Of a stretch of 64,000 bases of DNA, positions 39,994 to 53,100 are shown piece after piece (positions within the stretch are counted from its first letter, which is position 1; each line of letters begins with the position of its first letter). A model generated the notes under the pieces. That model ran no database searches, was not told the DNA's origin, and saw nothing but the letters and a program-made list of their open reading frames with translations. Source of the DNA: Lingula anatina. Taxonomy: Eukaryota > Animalia > Brachiopoda. The translations under genes were made by a program, and so were the position numbers. The stretch covers positions 2,294,001-2,358,000 of the forward strand of contig CM120643.1 of NCBI GenBank assembly GCA_051362555.1. The letters run 5' to 3'.

Positions 39994-40520
39994 AACCCCA
40001 CCCCACCCCCTACTCACCCCACACCCCACATTCCTACCCCACCCCCTACCCACCCCACATCCCACATTCCTACCCCACCCCCTACTCACCCCACACCCCA
40101 CTTCCCTACCCCACCCCCTACCCACCCCACATCCCACATTCCTACCCCACCCCCTACCCACCCCACATCCCTACCCCACCCCCTACCTACCCCACATCCC
40201 TACCCCACCCCCTACCTACCCCACATCCCTACCCCACCCCCTACCTACCCCACATCCCTACCCCACCCCCTACCCACCCCACATCCCACATCCCTACCCC
40301 ACCCCCTACCCACCCCGCACCCCACATCCCTACCCCACCCCCTACCTACCCCACATCCCTACCCCACCCCCTACCCACCCCACATCCCACATCCCTACCC
40401 CACCCCTACCCACCCCACCTCACATCCCTACCCCACCCCAGCTACCCCACACCCCACATCACATCACACCCCCTCCCACCCATCACCCTACCCCCCCCCC
40501 CAGCTACCCCACCACACTCC
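39994..40520. repeat. C-rich minisatellite (~25-36 bp units of CCCACATCCCTACCCCACCCCCTAC)
   Basis: Visible tandem repetition. It explains the Pro/His/Thr-rich ORF at 39930-40652. Confidence 0.9.
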
Positions 40521-41220
40521 TGGAATTCATTGCATCTTAACTATGATAACATAAAACTAACGAACTTAGTAGGAGTGAGTGAATATCAGTGTTTCAGATT
40601 CAGGAATGTGCAGAACGAAAAAAAGGAAAGGCATAGCTCCTGGTACTCTTAAAAGAACACAGGCTGGTGCCTTTGATTTACAAAAATGAAGTTTAATATT
40701 ATTATTATTTATCTATTTATTTATTCTATGTAATCAGCTGATTCTATGAAGAAGGTTATGTTTAAAGTAAAAACTCATTTTCCACAAGAAGAATTGATAA
40801 GGCACGTGCGTTATTTGCCACATGTTGTGAGGATTTCCGCGTGTTTTGCGCATTATCTCAACGTTTTTGATCACCTTCCGTGCAAGTTACACGCATCCTA
40901 CCTCTGACTGCGTGGGTGGCTGTGTTGTTTTGAATCGTGCAACACGTGACAGTAGGTGCCCATGTGCGTGCTTGCAGTATTTGGGTGATTAACCCGTTTT
41001 TGTGGGAACGCGATCTCGTGTTTGTGTCAGGAAATAATATTGATATTTGAAACTGTCTTCACTGTGCTTAGTTGACGAACCTGCGTCATAACTTTCACAT
41101 TAATCCTGTATGTATTGGTGCGTAAGGTAAATGTATATGCATGTAAATTACATATGCATGTGTTCACGCAAACACGTGTGCTTGTATGGATGTGTGTGCG
41201 TGCGCGTGACACCCACGCAC

Positions 41221-41274
41221 AGAGAGAGAGACTAAGAGAGAGAGAGAGAGACAGAGAGAGTCAGAGAGAGAATA

Positions 41275-41307
<33 letters not shown>

Positions 41308-41448
41308 GTCAGATAGAGAGACTAAGAGAGAGAGAGAGAGAGAGACAGAGAGAGTCAGATAGAGAGACTAAGAGAGAGAGAGAGACAGAGAGAGTCAGAT
41401 AGAGAGACTAAGAGAGAGAGAGAGACAGAGAGAGTCAGATAGAGAGAC

Positions 41449-41487
<39 letters not shown>

Positions 41488-41502
41488 GTCAGATAGAGAG
41501 AC

Positions 41503-41541
<39 letters not shown>

Positions 41542-41708
41542 GTCAGATAGAGAGACTAAGAGAGAGAGAGAGACAGAGAGAGTCAGATAGAGAGACTAAG
41601 AGAGAGAGAGAGACAGAGAGAGTCAGATAGAGAGACTAAGAGAGAGAGAGAGACAGAGAGAGTCAGAGAGAGACTAAGCGAGAGAGAGAGAGAGTCAGAG
41701 AGAGACTA

Positions 41709-41741
<33 letters not shown>
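41221..41741. repeat. (GA)n-derived higher-order satellite (~38-52 bp units with GACAG, GTCAGATA and GACTAA interruptions)
   Basis: About 12 tandem units with variable GA counts. Confidence 0.9.
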
Positions 41742-41745
<4 letters not shown>

Positions 41746-42844
41746 AATGAAGGGAGGGCGTACAGTGTATGTTTGAGAAGGTCGCTGTTGTTTTCTTTTA
41801 CTCAAACTTTTTAAGGTTACGCACGTGTGCCAGATTTGTGCAAAAAACAAGATTCTCTCGCGTCGTCGACAAGCTAATAGTGCTTATGACCAAAGATCCC
41901 CTTTTTAACCTCAGAAGACCCATTTGATGTAAATTTTTTGACGACGTCTACGGTTTCACGAGTACCTTGCATGTATACGATTTCTCGAGAAAGAAAAACA
42001 GAATATTCATTAATTCGAAAAATGAAATATAAGCGCTTCTGTAGGCGGACAAGTGTTTGTTATCTATGTTGAAGTCTCTAAAATCATAACATTTTTCATT
42101 GTTAGACAAAGGAATGTCACTATAATGCATGGACGTCACACAAGTCTTTATTCTGTCATATTTCTTTATTTCTTAAACCTAATTTTCATCCATCTTCTAG
42201 ATTAATCCTTATCTCCTAACGCCATTCCAAACAGTGATGTCGTGTATTCGTTTCAGGAACGTGATATTTTTAGTATTTTTCATTTCATGTTTATCCGGAA
42301 TAAGCAATACCCCGCCGTGGTCAGCATCTTATCAATCCTGAACACACAATCAATTGATTTCCGACATTAGTAATAATTGACCGTGATTAGATTTGTGTCT
42401 AAATATAGTGGATTTTGTGGGAGAAATAACAAGCTGTCGCGTTATCATTCTTCCTAAAATAGGATTGCATTATTATAGACCAATTCACACCATGAAACAA
42501 GTCATCTATCCAAGGGAAACGTTTTAATTTCACATCCGTCGTAGACATTACGAAAAAAAATACCGAGATGGACCAAAGTTTAACCTACTAGTCTGTTGGT
42601 TATGGGGTGATTTTTTTGTTTCAACCTTAAAAAATATTAATTTTTAACATTAAAATAACCTTGGACATAATATGTCCAAGAAATAACTCATCCTCAGCTG
42701 GCTGTCATCGAGAAATATGTATGCATATATGATGTGGTGAAAGCAAAGAAATGGCCGACCTCTAAAGCACCCTGTATTAATACATCATGGTCAAGCCCTG
42801 AAATGAAAGTACGGGTAGTAGATCTTATGATTTGTTTGAGATCT

Positions 42845-42888
<44 letters not shown>

Positions 42889-44444
42889 TAAGTGAATTAT
42901 TTTGATTCTATGGCGATGGATCGGGAGTCTGCATTGAAGGTTTATTTGTGAAGTTTGGGATGGATTGCAGATACACCTCTGTATGCGTGTCTCGTTTTTT
43001 CATTTATTTATTTATTTATTTATTCATTTATTTATTGCAATAAAAAGGGTAAAGACAGCAAATTGTTACCTTATTGTACAACCCAAAACTAAATAACAAC
43101 TAAGTAAGTTGATGAAATAAAAAAATGCATCATGTGACATTTATAAGCAGTTATTCTACTGTCATCTTTCGTGGCGATATCTTGTATTTCCAGATTATGT
43201 CACGTCTGAAGTTCACCCTTATAATTCTATAACCTGCTGCATTGTCTTGATTTCTAATAGGAAGCAGATTGACATTACAGAAAGACGCGTTTTTTGTTGT
43301 TTTCTTTTTTTTCAGTTCACCAGGCAAATACGACATCACGTGCTGCTACACGTATAGTCACAAGATGACGGCCAACTCTGATTAGTGATAGCGGCGTTGA
43401 CGCCCATATCAAAATGCAGAAGTAATAATTGACGTCAGAAAAATTGAATTAGCATTTATATACCTGGGTATATTTTGCTTTGGGTGGTTTTAGTGCTGGT
43501 TTAATTACGTGTATCAGTTACAGCTCTGACCTGTTCCCCTAATTGCACGTGTAGTACATGGCTTGACGGTCGGCACGCGTTTGGCAAAGAAATCGTGTTA
43601 TCTTGGGTTATTTCATGTTATCTCGGAGTTTTTTCCACACGCAAGAGTACTCTGGATGATTATCCAACTTGTACATATAATACGTCTTCAAGCGAACATA
43701 TGTTGGTTTATCTCCAATAGCCGTTTTATCACCACGTGTAGATACTCCCTCCTCTCTCTGCTTTCTCACGCTCCCTCTGCTCTCTCCCTCTTCTCTCTCT
43801 CTTTTTTCTCTCTCTCCCCTTTTTCTCTCCCTCTTCTCTCTCTCTTCTTTCTCTATGTAAAATATCTTACTACTTTTCAGCCTTTTTACATTCAATGCCT
43901 TTTCAGTTGCACTGATGTCAGGGGGTAATATAAATCTTAGCTTAAAACAACTAGATCAATCAAAACTCCATTTGGAAGTCAGCTAGCTGTTTTCAGGTGC
44001 CTTTTTTTTCGTTCTTGTAGAATCTTATTTTTACTAATTATAATTATTATTAGTATTATTCAAAATTTAATCTTCTCACTCCAGCGATAAGAGGCTAGCA
44101 CGAGGGCCGGTGAGATTTTGGCAAAGTTGACTTGATGTTTGTGAACAGGATTTCTATGATACGTAATCACTTGCTACCCTCTACCAGGGCGACAGATTGA
44201 TTTTTCACAAGATATCCACAGATGTCTTTAGATAAACAGACAGGCATTTGATTCTCTAGCTTTTTGAAATTTTGCCTATAATACCACCCCGGCAGGGGGT
44301 AGTTCCTTGATATAGCCGCTAGGTTCATTACGGTCGATTTGGCTACAGAATTTGCAAAATCTACATAACACGTACGTCTACCTTCCATAAAGCACTGAAA
44401 GGCATTCAGGTATAATGGTTTGTAGAAATGCTGTTAGATTTATT

Positions 44445-44895
44445 CAGGGCCGTAGCCTGAGAAAAATGCCAGGGGGGGCAGTAAGCGGACACGAGGGGGC
44501 AGAGCCCCCGAGGGGGGTGGGTGTGGCAGGGGGTGTCCCCCTCCCACGGTGTGGAAAATTTTTTAAAACTGTATGTATAATACTGCATTCTGGTGCATTT
44601 TAACTGTTATTTATTGCTAAATCAGAAGTCAGAAATTGTGGGTTCATTTTGCCATAAGTACAGTCATTTTTTCAACACAACACGCCAATTGGACTTTTAG
44701 GCATGAACTGAGTTGTCTAAAAACAGTACACCTTTGTAAACAGATTGTTGAATGATTGTCTAGTGGCCATGAGTGCATTTTCTCACAGAATTGATACCAA
44801 CTTTGCAATTATTATTTTTTTTTACCTTTGCGATTATTATTATTATTTTTTTTTTTTGCACCTCAAATCCCAGGGGGGGGGCAGCTACGGCCCTG
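44445..44895. mobile_element. Longer member of the CAGGGCCGTAGC MITE family
   Basis: TSD TTATT at 44440-44444 and 44896-44900. Confidence 0.85.
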
Positions 44896-46078
44896 TTATT
44901 ATATTCGTACGAATGAAGCTTACCAAAACTCATATCTGTTTGATAAGAGGCAGAAATTCTAGCTTTATTAACGAGGATAGTATCAATGGTTTCCGATGTT
45001 AAAAATCTGCACTGCTGTACAAAAGCATTTCCTTTTAATGTATTGCTCTAAAATTACATAGCCACACGAAAAGCAGTCGAGCACTCCAGTGAAATTTCTT
45101 CATTGACTTTTCTTTTTTGTCAAAATTCATGAAACTTTCTCTAATACATTTCCCACAAAATAGCAATAAATACTACATATCAATATTTATTTTCACGTTT
45201 TAAAATCACTTAATAATTTTGAACTCTTCAAAGAGCACAATAAAGTAAAGTCAAAATTTTTAAGTTTGAACATTAGTCTTATGTATTATAAAGATACATC
45301 TCAAGAATTGTATGTGACAAGTGCATTTCACAGACAAGAACAAGCTGTGGTATTGTCATTCCAGACAGCTTTAAAAAATTGAAATCGTTCCAAATTACGT
45401 CGTCTGCAAGACGTTTTCTACCGTGCCCAACCACGACCATTTATAAAGCATATAAAAGTTCGAAAATCAGACAGTAAGTTTTCAAAACTACATTATCTTT
45501 TCCTTAAAAAATGTACAAAAGTATGAAGAGGCGCAGAGACAGTTGAATCAGACGCTAGAGAAATTTATTCCAAAATTGCAGAAAAAAACTCTTCTGAGAA
45601 ATTGTGTATATCACAGGCATGAATTGGGGTTGTAAGAAATTAGTAGGAAGAAATGCTTTCCAACTGGGAGTCTGAGGCCGCTTAGGGCACAAAAACACCA
45701 AAAATTGGTTTCTAATTGACATTTAATTTAAATTCATTTCATCCAATGAAAAATCAACAGCCAACATAAAACTTGCATTCCAACACTTTATCATATCAAG
45801 TTCCGAAGTTGTATATGGCACTGTACAGAATAAGGTCCTTTTGTCATTGTTTTATTTATTTACATTTTCATTTATTTACAGTCAAAATAATAATAAAATG
45901 GTGTTTCTATGCTCTCCATTCTCATCCACATCCAACACAATTCTTTTTTTGGTGATCTGTCAGTAAATCCTATCCTGATAAGATTGAGGGCACCTCATCA
46001 GCAGAATGGTCAAGAAAGATGCTACATTTTCATCGTTCAGTTTGTATTTACTGTGGGATGAACCTTTCAGTAAAATAT

Positions 46079-46292
46079 ACTAGAAAAGCACTCGTAGGGT
46101 GCAGCTCAATTCTAAATATCAATGAAAATTCATTTTTTCATTAATGGATGACCACCAACATTTAATGGATTGTAAGTTAGCCTTTTGTCTTACCCATCCT
46201 GAGAATTTTAACCAAAATCCATCCTTTCATTTTAGTTAGGTTGTTAACTAACAAACCAACATTGTCAAAAACTGAACCTCCTTGGAGACAGA
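46079..46292 (-). mobile_element. Degenerate HINE-like element copy in the zinc-finger 3' region
   Basis: ACTAGAAAAGCACTC...AACCTCCTTGG ends match the family. Confidence 0.6.
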
Positions 46293-46483
46293 TTTAAACA
46301 ATTGTCACTTTTAGGCAAATGCAACCACTGAGCCCAAACTCCAGAGGGTTCAAGCTGAGATTATATGTGACCTAATTCCAAGAGATGGGGGCACAGGTTC
46401 TTGTAGTCTGTGAGTAGAAGCAGGGCTGGTAGACGGAGACTAGGTGGCACTAATAATCAGTCAACAGGTACTTTGGTATTTCT

Positions 46484-47195
46484 TTACTCCACATGTACGG
46501 GATAGACAGTGACAGCATCAGGTTCCTGCTGCTCCTCCCCTGCCGGCTGGAGGGTCATCAGGATAGGGGACTCAGTGGCGCCCCCTGGCAGGTGAAATGT
46601 GATGGTGTGGGTTGACCCCTGGTCAGTGGTGCTGGACACTACACTCGTCTCCACATTCTGTAATATCTGAGCACCAGGAAGCACCTGAGCCTGGGATGTG
46701 GGTTGTCCTGCTGAAGACACAGCAGCCCCCTGGTGAGCGTTTTGCTGAGAGATGGCATTCAATGCTGAGTAGATCAACTGGGCCGCAGTGAGATCACCAC
46801 CGCTGAGGCCCTCAATGTTGGAAATTTTGGCCAGGTCTCCTGCGCTGATTTCCTGCACGCGGACCGACTGTCTCGGGATCTGAACTTTGCTCTTTTCTGG
46901 GAGCGGTTTTAAAGACTTTTCCACCATGGACTGTGTGTCAATCTTCCCGTTCTGATGGTCCTGCACGTGGTAGTCGTAGCTCTGTTTGTTCACGGTACGG
47001 AAAGGGCACAAGTTACAGTTGTAGACGCCCTCGCTGTACCCCGGGTGTTTGTTCTTCATATGGGTCTTATAGGAGATGGCCTGGATGCAGGAATAGTTAC
47101 AGTAGATACATTTGTATGGCTTCTCGCCCGTGTGACGCATGCGGTGACGGCGTAAGGAGTTGTGGTCACCAGTTGCATACGGGCACATGTCACAT
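46484..47195 (-). CDS. Zinc-finger gene terminal exon
   Basis: Three fingers followed by a low-complexity tail to TAA at 46484. Confidence 0.92.
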
Positions 47196-50100
47196 CTGAA
47201 ATACAATTATTATGTATTAATATAATGTAAAATAATTTCCTACCTACCAGAGATGTATATATTCCACTGATTATCTATTAAAGAAACAATTATACATGTT
47301 CCCTGATATGTTTATATATGCAAGCAGCGGTATTTAATTTATTACATTTCAATAAATATCTTATATTTAAATGAAGAAAGCATTCATTAGGATGACAGAG
47401 GGTTTGGATTGAGACATTGCATCAGGTGTGACGACATGAATAAAAAAACACATTGTAAGTGCTGTAGGTGTGACAGAACAGAGACAACAAACCCTGCAGT
47501 ATAATTACAGAACTTAGCAATGAGTACCAGTACAGTTCATATCACTTAAGTTTGGTCCTCATTGTGAAAAAGGGCTTATAAGAAATGTCCATTGTAAAGG
47601 TTGAACATAACATTGTTTACCAAATTGTGAACACATTCTACTCAGGTCAAGCACTCCAATATTTCATAAACAATTCAAAAATTCATACTGTATCTGCTAG
47701 CCCAGACAGTTCAAGACTGTAAAACTTGACACATGTATTCAAATTGGGTACTATTCATATTTATTTCAGCTAATTCCATAGAAAAATAAACAATTTCATA
47801 AGATTGGTTCCAGACAAACAATAACTCAAATGATAAGACAACCAGTGATACGGAGCCTACTGTACTGTCATAACACATTTTGGACAAAGGCAAAAACCTC
47901 ACTTGAAAGGTTTCTCTCCCGTGTGAACTCTGAGATGGAGCTCCATCATTGCCTTCCTGGCCATGGACTTGCCACAGTACTTGCAGACATAGGGTTTGTG
48001 GTCACTGTGAACAGTCTCCATGTGTTTCTTCAGACACTTCATGTTAGCTAAGATGTGACCACATTCTTCACATTTCCTTTTCATGTACCACTTGTCTGAA
48101 GATGGAGAAAAATAATCAATTACAGTGTCATTTAAAGTGTAATTAGACCAGAGGTACTGAGCCTAAACATTGTCTAAACTTTGAGAGCAAAATGTTACTC
48201 TGCTTTGACCCAAGATAAATCCACAGAAGTCTAATAAGATGAAATATTGTAAAAACTATTTGAAATTAGAACAGACATGAAAACTATTATAATGGTTTAA
48301 GGAAATAGTAACTTTATTTCATATGACAACTGTACTACTATTTATCTTGAGCTGAAGTTAATTAAAATTCAATACCATCACTTGATCACCATGAAGAGCC
48401 CTCATGGACCCCCCCCCCAAAAAAAAAAAAAAAATTGGTTGTGGAAACATTAAAATAAATAAATAAAACAGTTAATAAATAAAAAGAAAAAAAATCCCCT
48501 AAAGGTTAACTCTATTAGAAACCTTGTTATTTATTTCACAGAAATTACTGAGGGCATTTTTTTATCTAAATTCAAAATTCAAGTCATCTAAACACAAAGA
48601 GATGGTTCCCTACCATTGCCATCCTTGCTGTCACTCATGTGGATGGTTCGGTGGTTCTTCATCTGCCTCTCTTGTTTAAATGCCTTGCCGCAAATGTCAC
48701 AGCAGTAGGGACGGTCGCGGCCGTGGATCTCTTTGTGATTTGCCAGCTTTGACAGAGATTCAACCCTGAAGTAAAAAGATTTTGTTTATGATTCTGATGG
48801 TGTTTTAGGAACTAGATTTAGATTTTTTTGTAAGGAAGTTGGCACTTTCATTTATATGAAAAAATAAGAAGTGATAATTTGTTGTGAAGAATGTTGGTGC
48901 ATATTATCTGCTTTAAAATTAATAATTGAAAAATTTGATGAAGACAAAAACATAAAATTTTTAAGGCAGAAAGAAAGAAGAGAGAAGCCACGGAAAGATT
49001 CTGGTGAAATTGTTAAATTTTAAGTCAAGTCTTGTGCCACCTGCATATCATATCTTTAACTATGGGTGGATAAAAATCAATAAATACTATTATATATTAT
49101 TATTAAATAGTGTGGCAACTTGTAAACAGTTGGATAAATGCAATGACATAATGCCACAATAAGATAAAATACCTAATTTATAAGAATAAGCATAGTAATG
49201 TCACAATTTTAATGGATGGTCTCCCCGCCTCCACACGCGCCATTGCTGCAGGGGCTTAGCAATTAAACCTCAGAGCTGAGATTTAATCTGTTTAATGGCG
49301 CGTGTGGAGGCGGATAGACCATCAGGAATCAGCGTCATCACTTTTGAAGTGTGGTCGGCCATATTTAGTCCGCGGGTCAGTTAGTACTCGGTTCATCTAT
49401 TTTGAAGAGCCCCAAACATATCTTCTCTCAAACTACAGGTTGATACAAGTCAACAATACTCACTTATAGCCACACTGTCCACAGGTATACAGGTCAGTGT
49501 CCACTTTGTGTTCCTTCCACAGGTGTTTTCTCATGGCCTTCCACATACTGTACTTCACCTGACAGTTCTCTACACAACACCTGTACACTGAGCTACCCTC
49601 CTCTTCACCCCCTACGTGACAGCTCTCGTGGACCTGCTGGGCCACCTCTGTCTTGAATCTGGAAAGTTGAGTATAAATATAATTTTATTCCTATCAGAAT
49701 TATATAGGTCATTTCCCACTGAGTTGAACACAACAGAGGAAATACTGTATATTTATAACAAACTATAGGTATGTTTTTTATTTATAAATATGAAATTTCT
49801 GCACAGAATTATTTAGGATATTCACTTGGGTTGGATGCAGAGGAAATATGTATGATTTTTTAATTTATTTATTATTTCAGAAAAATAATTGTCTTTTAAA
49901 AAACTTGGTAAAATTTGAATTGTAAAAATTTCCAAAAGGTAATACACTACAAATGCTTGCAAGTATGGTTTGTGATGCGTGCATGCGTATGTTGGGGGGG
50001 GGGGGGGATTTAAAACCCATACCTAGCATTACACCCTGACTCTGAACATGTGATATCATAGCCTTTGGTGAGTTCCCGTCTCTCTTCCTGAGACAATGTC

Positions 50101-53100
50101 GCTCGTGGTCGTTTGTACATCACGTAATCATGCTCCAGCATGCGAGGTGGTCTGATACGACGACGTCTAGGTGCCTCATCGTCATCATCTTCCTCTTCTT
50201 CATTTTCCTCATCTGTGGTGAGAACAATTTAACGTCTATTAATCTGACGTAGGACTGTGAAATGAAAAAACTGCAAATTTTGCCTAAGAAAAAATGTGTA
50301 ATTTTCTTATATGATATGTCCAATAGAAATCAGTTGGGTTGAAAAAGAAATTATAAATAACATGATTTTGTTATTACTTTCAATCTGGATAAATAAAGAC
50401 CTGAAAGCTTTAACCAAAAGAAAGAAAAATCTATTCATTGCACTAAGGCCCGAAATTTGGAGTTTTCAGGTATTTTTACTTTTACTGAAAAGATATGATG
50501 AAAATTAAATTATAAGCATTAAGTCACAATAAATCCTCAAAAACTGTGTCAAATTGTATCATGTAAGATATAAGTTATAACTTAGATGAAAATTTATTCA
50601 GCCAAAAAAATATAAATATGCAAGTATCAGAAATTGTTTTCCTTTGAGAGATAAAAACTAAAATAAACACCTTCATATTGAAATATTTATGAGTTAGGCT
50701 TAAAGGTTGAAATAAAATTAGATACTCCAAAGGGATAAAAACTACCACGCTTAAAAATATTACTGCCCTGAACTGTCAGAAGTCGTCATGTACCCAACCT
50801 ACCGGACTCTAAATCCCGCTCAGGCTTCGGTTCCTCCTTCACCATGGACGCCGTGTAAGCTTCAGGTGCTTTCTTCTTCCGTCCTGGCTTCTTCCTCTGG
50901 ACCTGAGTGGATGCGTCCACTCTATTAGTGCCCACTCCAGTCTCATTGGTTTGAGAGCCGGATGACCCCTGAACGCCTGCGTGGAAGTTATTGTGGTCCT
51001 GGACCTAAAATATCGATTTTTAAAAATCTGAGTAATTTTTGGTCAAAAAGTTTATTTATTATGTTACAAGAAATGGGGAGAATACCATAAGTACGTGAGG
51101 GTAATCTTCTAATGAAGCCAGCATCAATATATCCCAAGTATGGTCTGTTAAAATCTGATTGAATGTTTCATAAAAGGCAGGTTATAATTTACCAAAAAAA
51201 AAAAAATACCACTACCGACTTTCAGAAAAATATCCATGACCAATTTTTCTTCATTTAATTTACCATTTTATCATTAACACGGGGCTTAGATAGTAAAACC
51301 AGTGTTCCCAGCCAACATACCATGTGAGTTTTACATTCCTCTATGGAGCCAAATCCCAGACTGCACTGGCCGCACAGGAAGAGCTCTTTAGTGAGTGGAG
51401 ACTCAGAAGTTCCAGCTTCTCCAGTCGCTGCAAGTTCTGCCATACTGGCCTCAGCGAAATTTGTGAGAAGTGAAGCGTGAAGTGCGGAAGGTTGTTGGTC
51501 TTCTAATTGTCTTCCTTCCTCCTCTGAGCTCCCTTCAAGAACACTTTTTCCCACTAAAATGTGGTGTTAAGAAAAGGCTTGCTGTTAGTTTATTTTGTAT
51601 TGAAAACTCTACAGAGTCATCCAATATGAAAAGCGAGTTGCAGTGCAAGATATATCAGGGATCAATTTTGCAAATTAGGGTCCATTCCAGAATTATCCCC
51701 CTCTGTCATCTTATATTATGACTTACCCTTCTACATCAAGATAAATTAATGGAAGGAAGAAAAGTGGCAATAATTTTAGATGTCGGGTTAAAGCATGTTG
51801 TGTTGCAAAATAACATATTACAAATGTACAAGTTTAACTTCCCATATAAATAAAATCAAAATGTGATACTTAATTTGAGCAAAAGAAAATACTCCCCCAC
51901 TACTGACCCAACTTGAGAAATGGCAGAGAAACTAGATCAAAGTTCCATTCAATGCAGACCATATAAGGAAAGTTTGTTCAAAAGCCCTTAACTACAGGCC
52001 TTTAAACATCATTGACTCACAATCCATCTATTACATACCGGCAGCTGCCATAGCCTGCTCAACTATGTGGGACGTCCCCGTCTGCTCGTCTTCCACCTGT
52101 ACCTCTACCTCACTGGTCCCTGTCTCTCCCCCACTCCCTGTTTGTTGTTGTGGCTGGTACTGTAACAGTCCTGATTGACGTTGCTGTAACAGTTGAGTGT
52201 TAATGTCTTCTAGCTGTTGTTGATCTTGTTGCTGTTGTAATAGCTCCACATTCATACTGCTAACTTGTTGTTGCTGTTGCTCATGCTGATACTGTTGTTG
52301 TTGTTCTTGCTGTTGTTGCTGTAACATTTGGACATTGACATCGACTTCTTCTACGTCCATGCTCTCAGCTTGTTGTTGTTGTTGTTGTTGCTGAGAAGGT
52401 AATTTCATGTGAGCCGTCCTCACGTGGTGTCCCATGCCTTGAGGACTGTGAGCTATAAAAGGGCAAAACTTGCATCTGTAAGAGGTGACAACCTGGAAAA
52501 CCAAGATGAGAGTGATTAGGGTGGATGGAGGCCATCTTCTGGGTCTTCAGTTAGACCCCATTCCCAGAGATTAGATCGATCCAAACTAGATGGACTTAAC
52601 TCCCTGGGGGTTCACGCTAAATAGCTGTCAGCCAAGCGGGCACAAAAGTTAATTACCCCCTGACGGACATTTAAGCCGGATTATCTGACAGTAATCTAGT
52701 GAGGCTCCCCAAAGGGAAAGATAGATCTAAAATCTATGGAAATACGCCCTAATTTTTCAAGTTTACACTGGCATGCAGGCATATAATTTTTCTGTCAGAT
52801 GGTCAATAATGGAGGATGGACCAACAAAGAATTTGGAAGACTGTCAGAAAATGTCTCTGGATCCATTCCTGAATGTCTTTATATATTGATCACAATATGC
52901 AGTCCGTTCCAAAGAAAACTTGGTGTCCTGGTCCTTCAGAAATATAAATGAACATATAAAGACAGAAAAAAAAATTGACGAAATAAAACATTAATTCACT
53001 GTTGATTCAAACTGTGATATGTAAAGTTAGCCGTTAGCCAAGTGTCAGATCTTAAAGTGATAATAACTCTGCGTTTTGGCCAAAAAATGAATTTTCCTGG

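Noticed and set aside
39930-40652. 240-aa Pro/His/Thr-rich (extensin-like) ORF
   Set aside because: It is the translation of a stop-free C-rich minisatellite, with no signal peptide or splice support.
41115-41402. ER-repeat ORF and similar microsatellite ORFs (228, 8636, 33237, 34447, 37478, 43608)
   Set aside because: Translations of (GA)n or (GT)n tracts.
46933-47199. Plus-strand ORFs overlapping the zinc-finger last exon
   Set aside because: Antisense shadows of the real coding exon.
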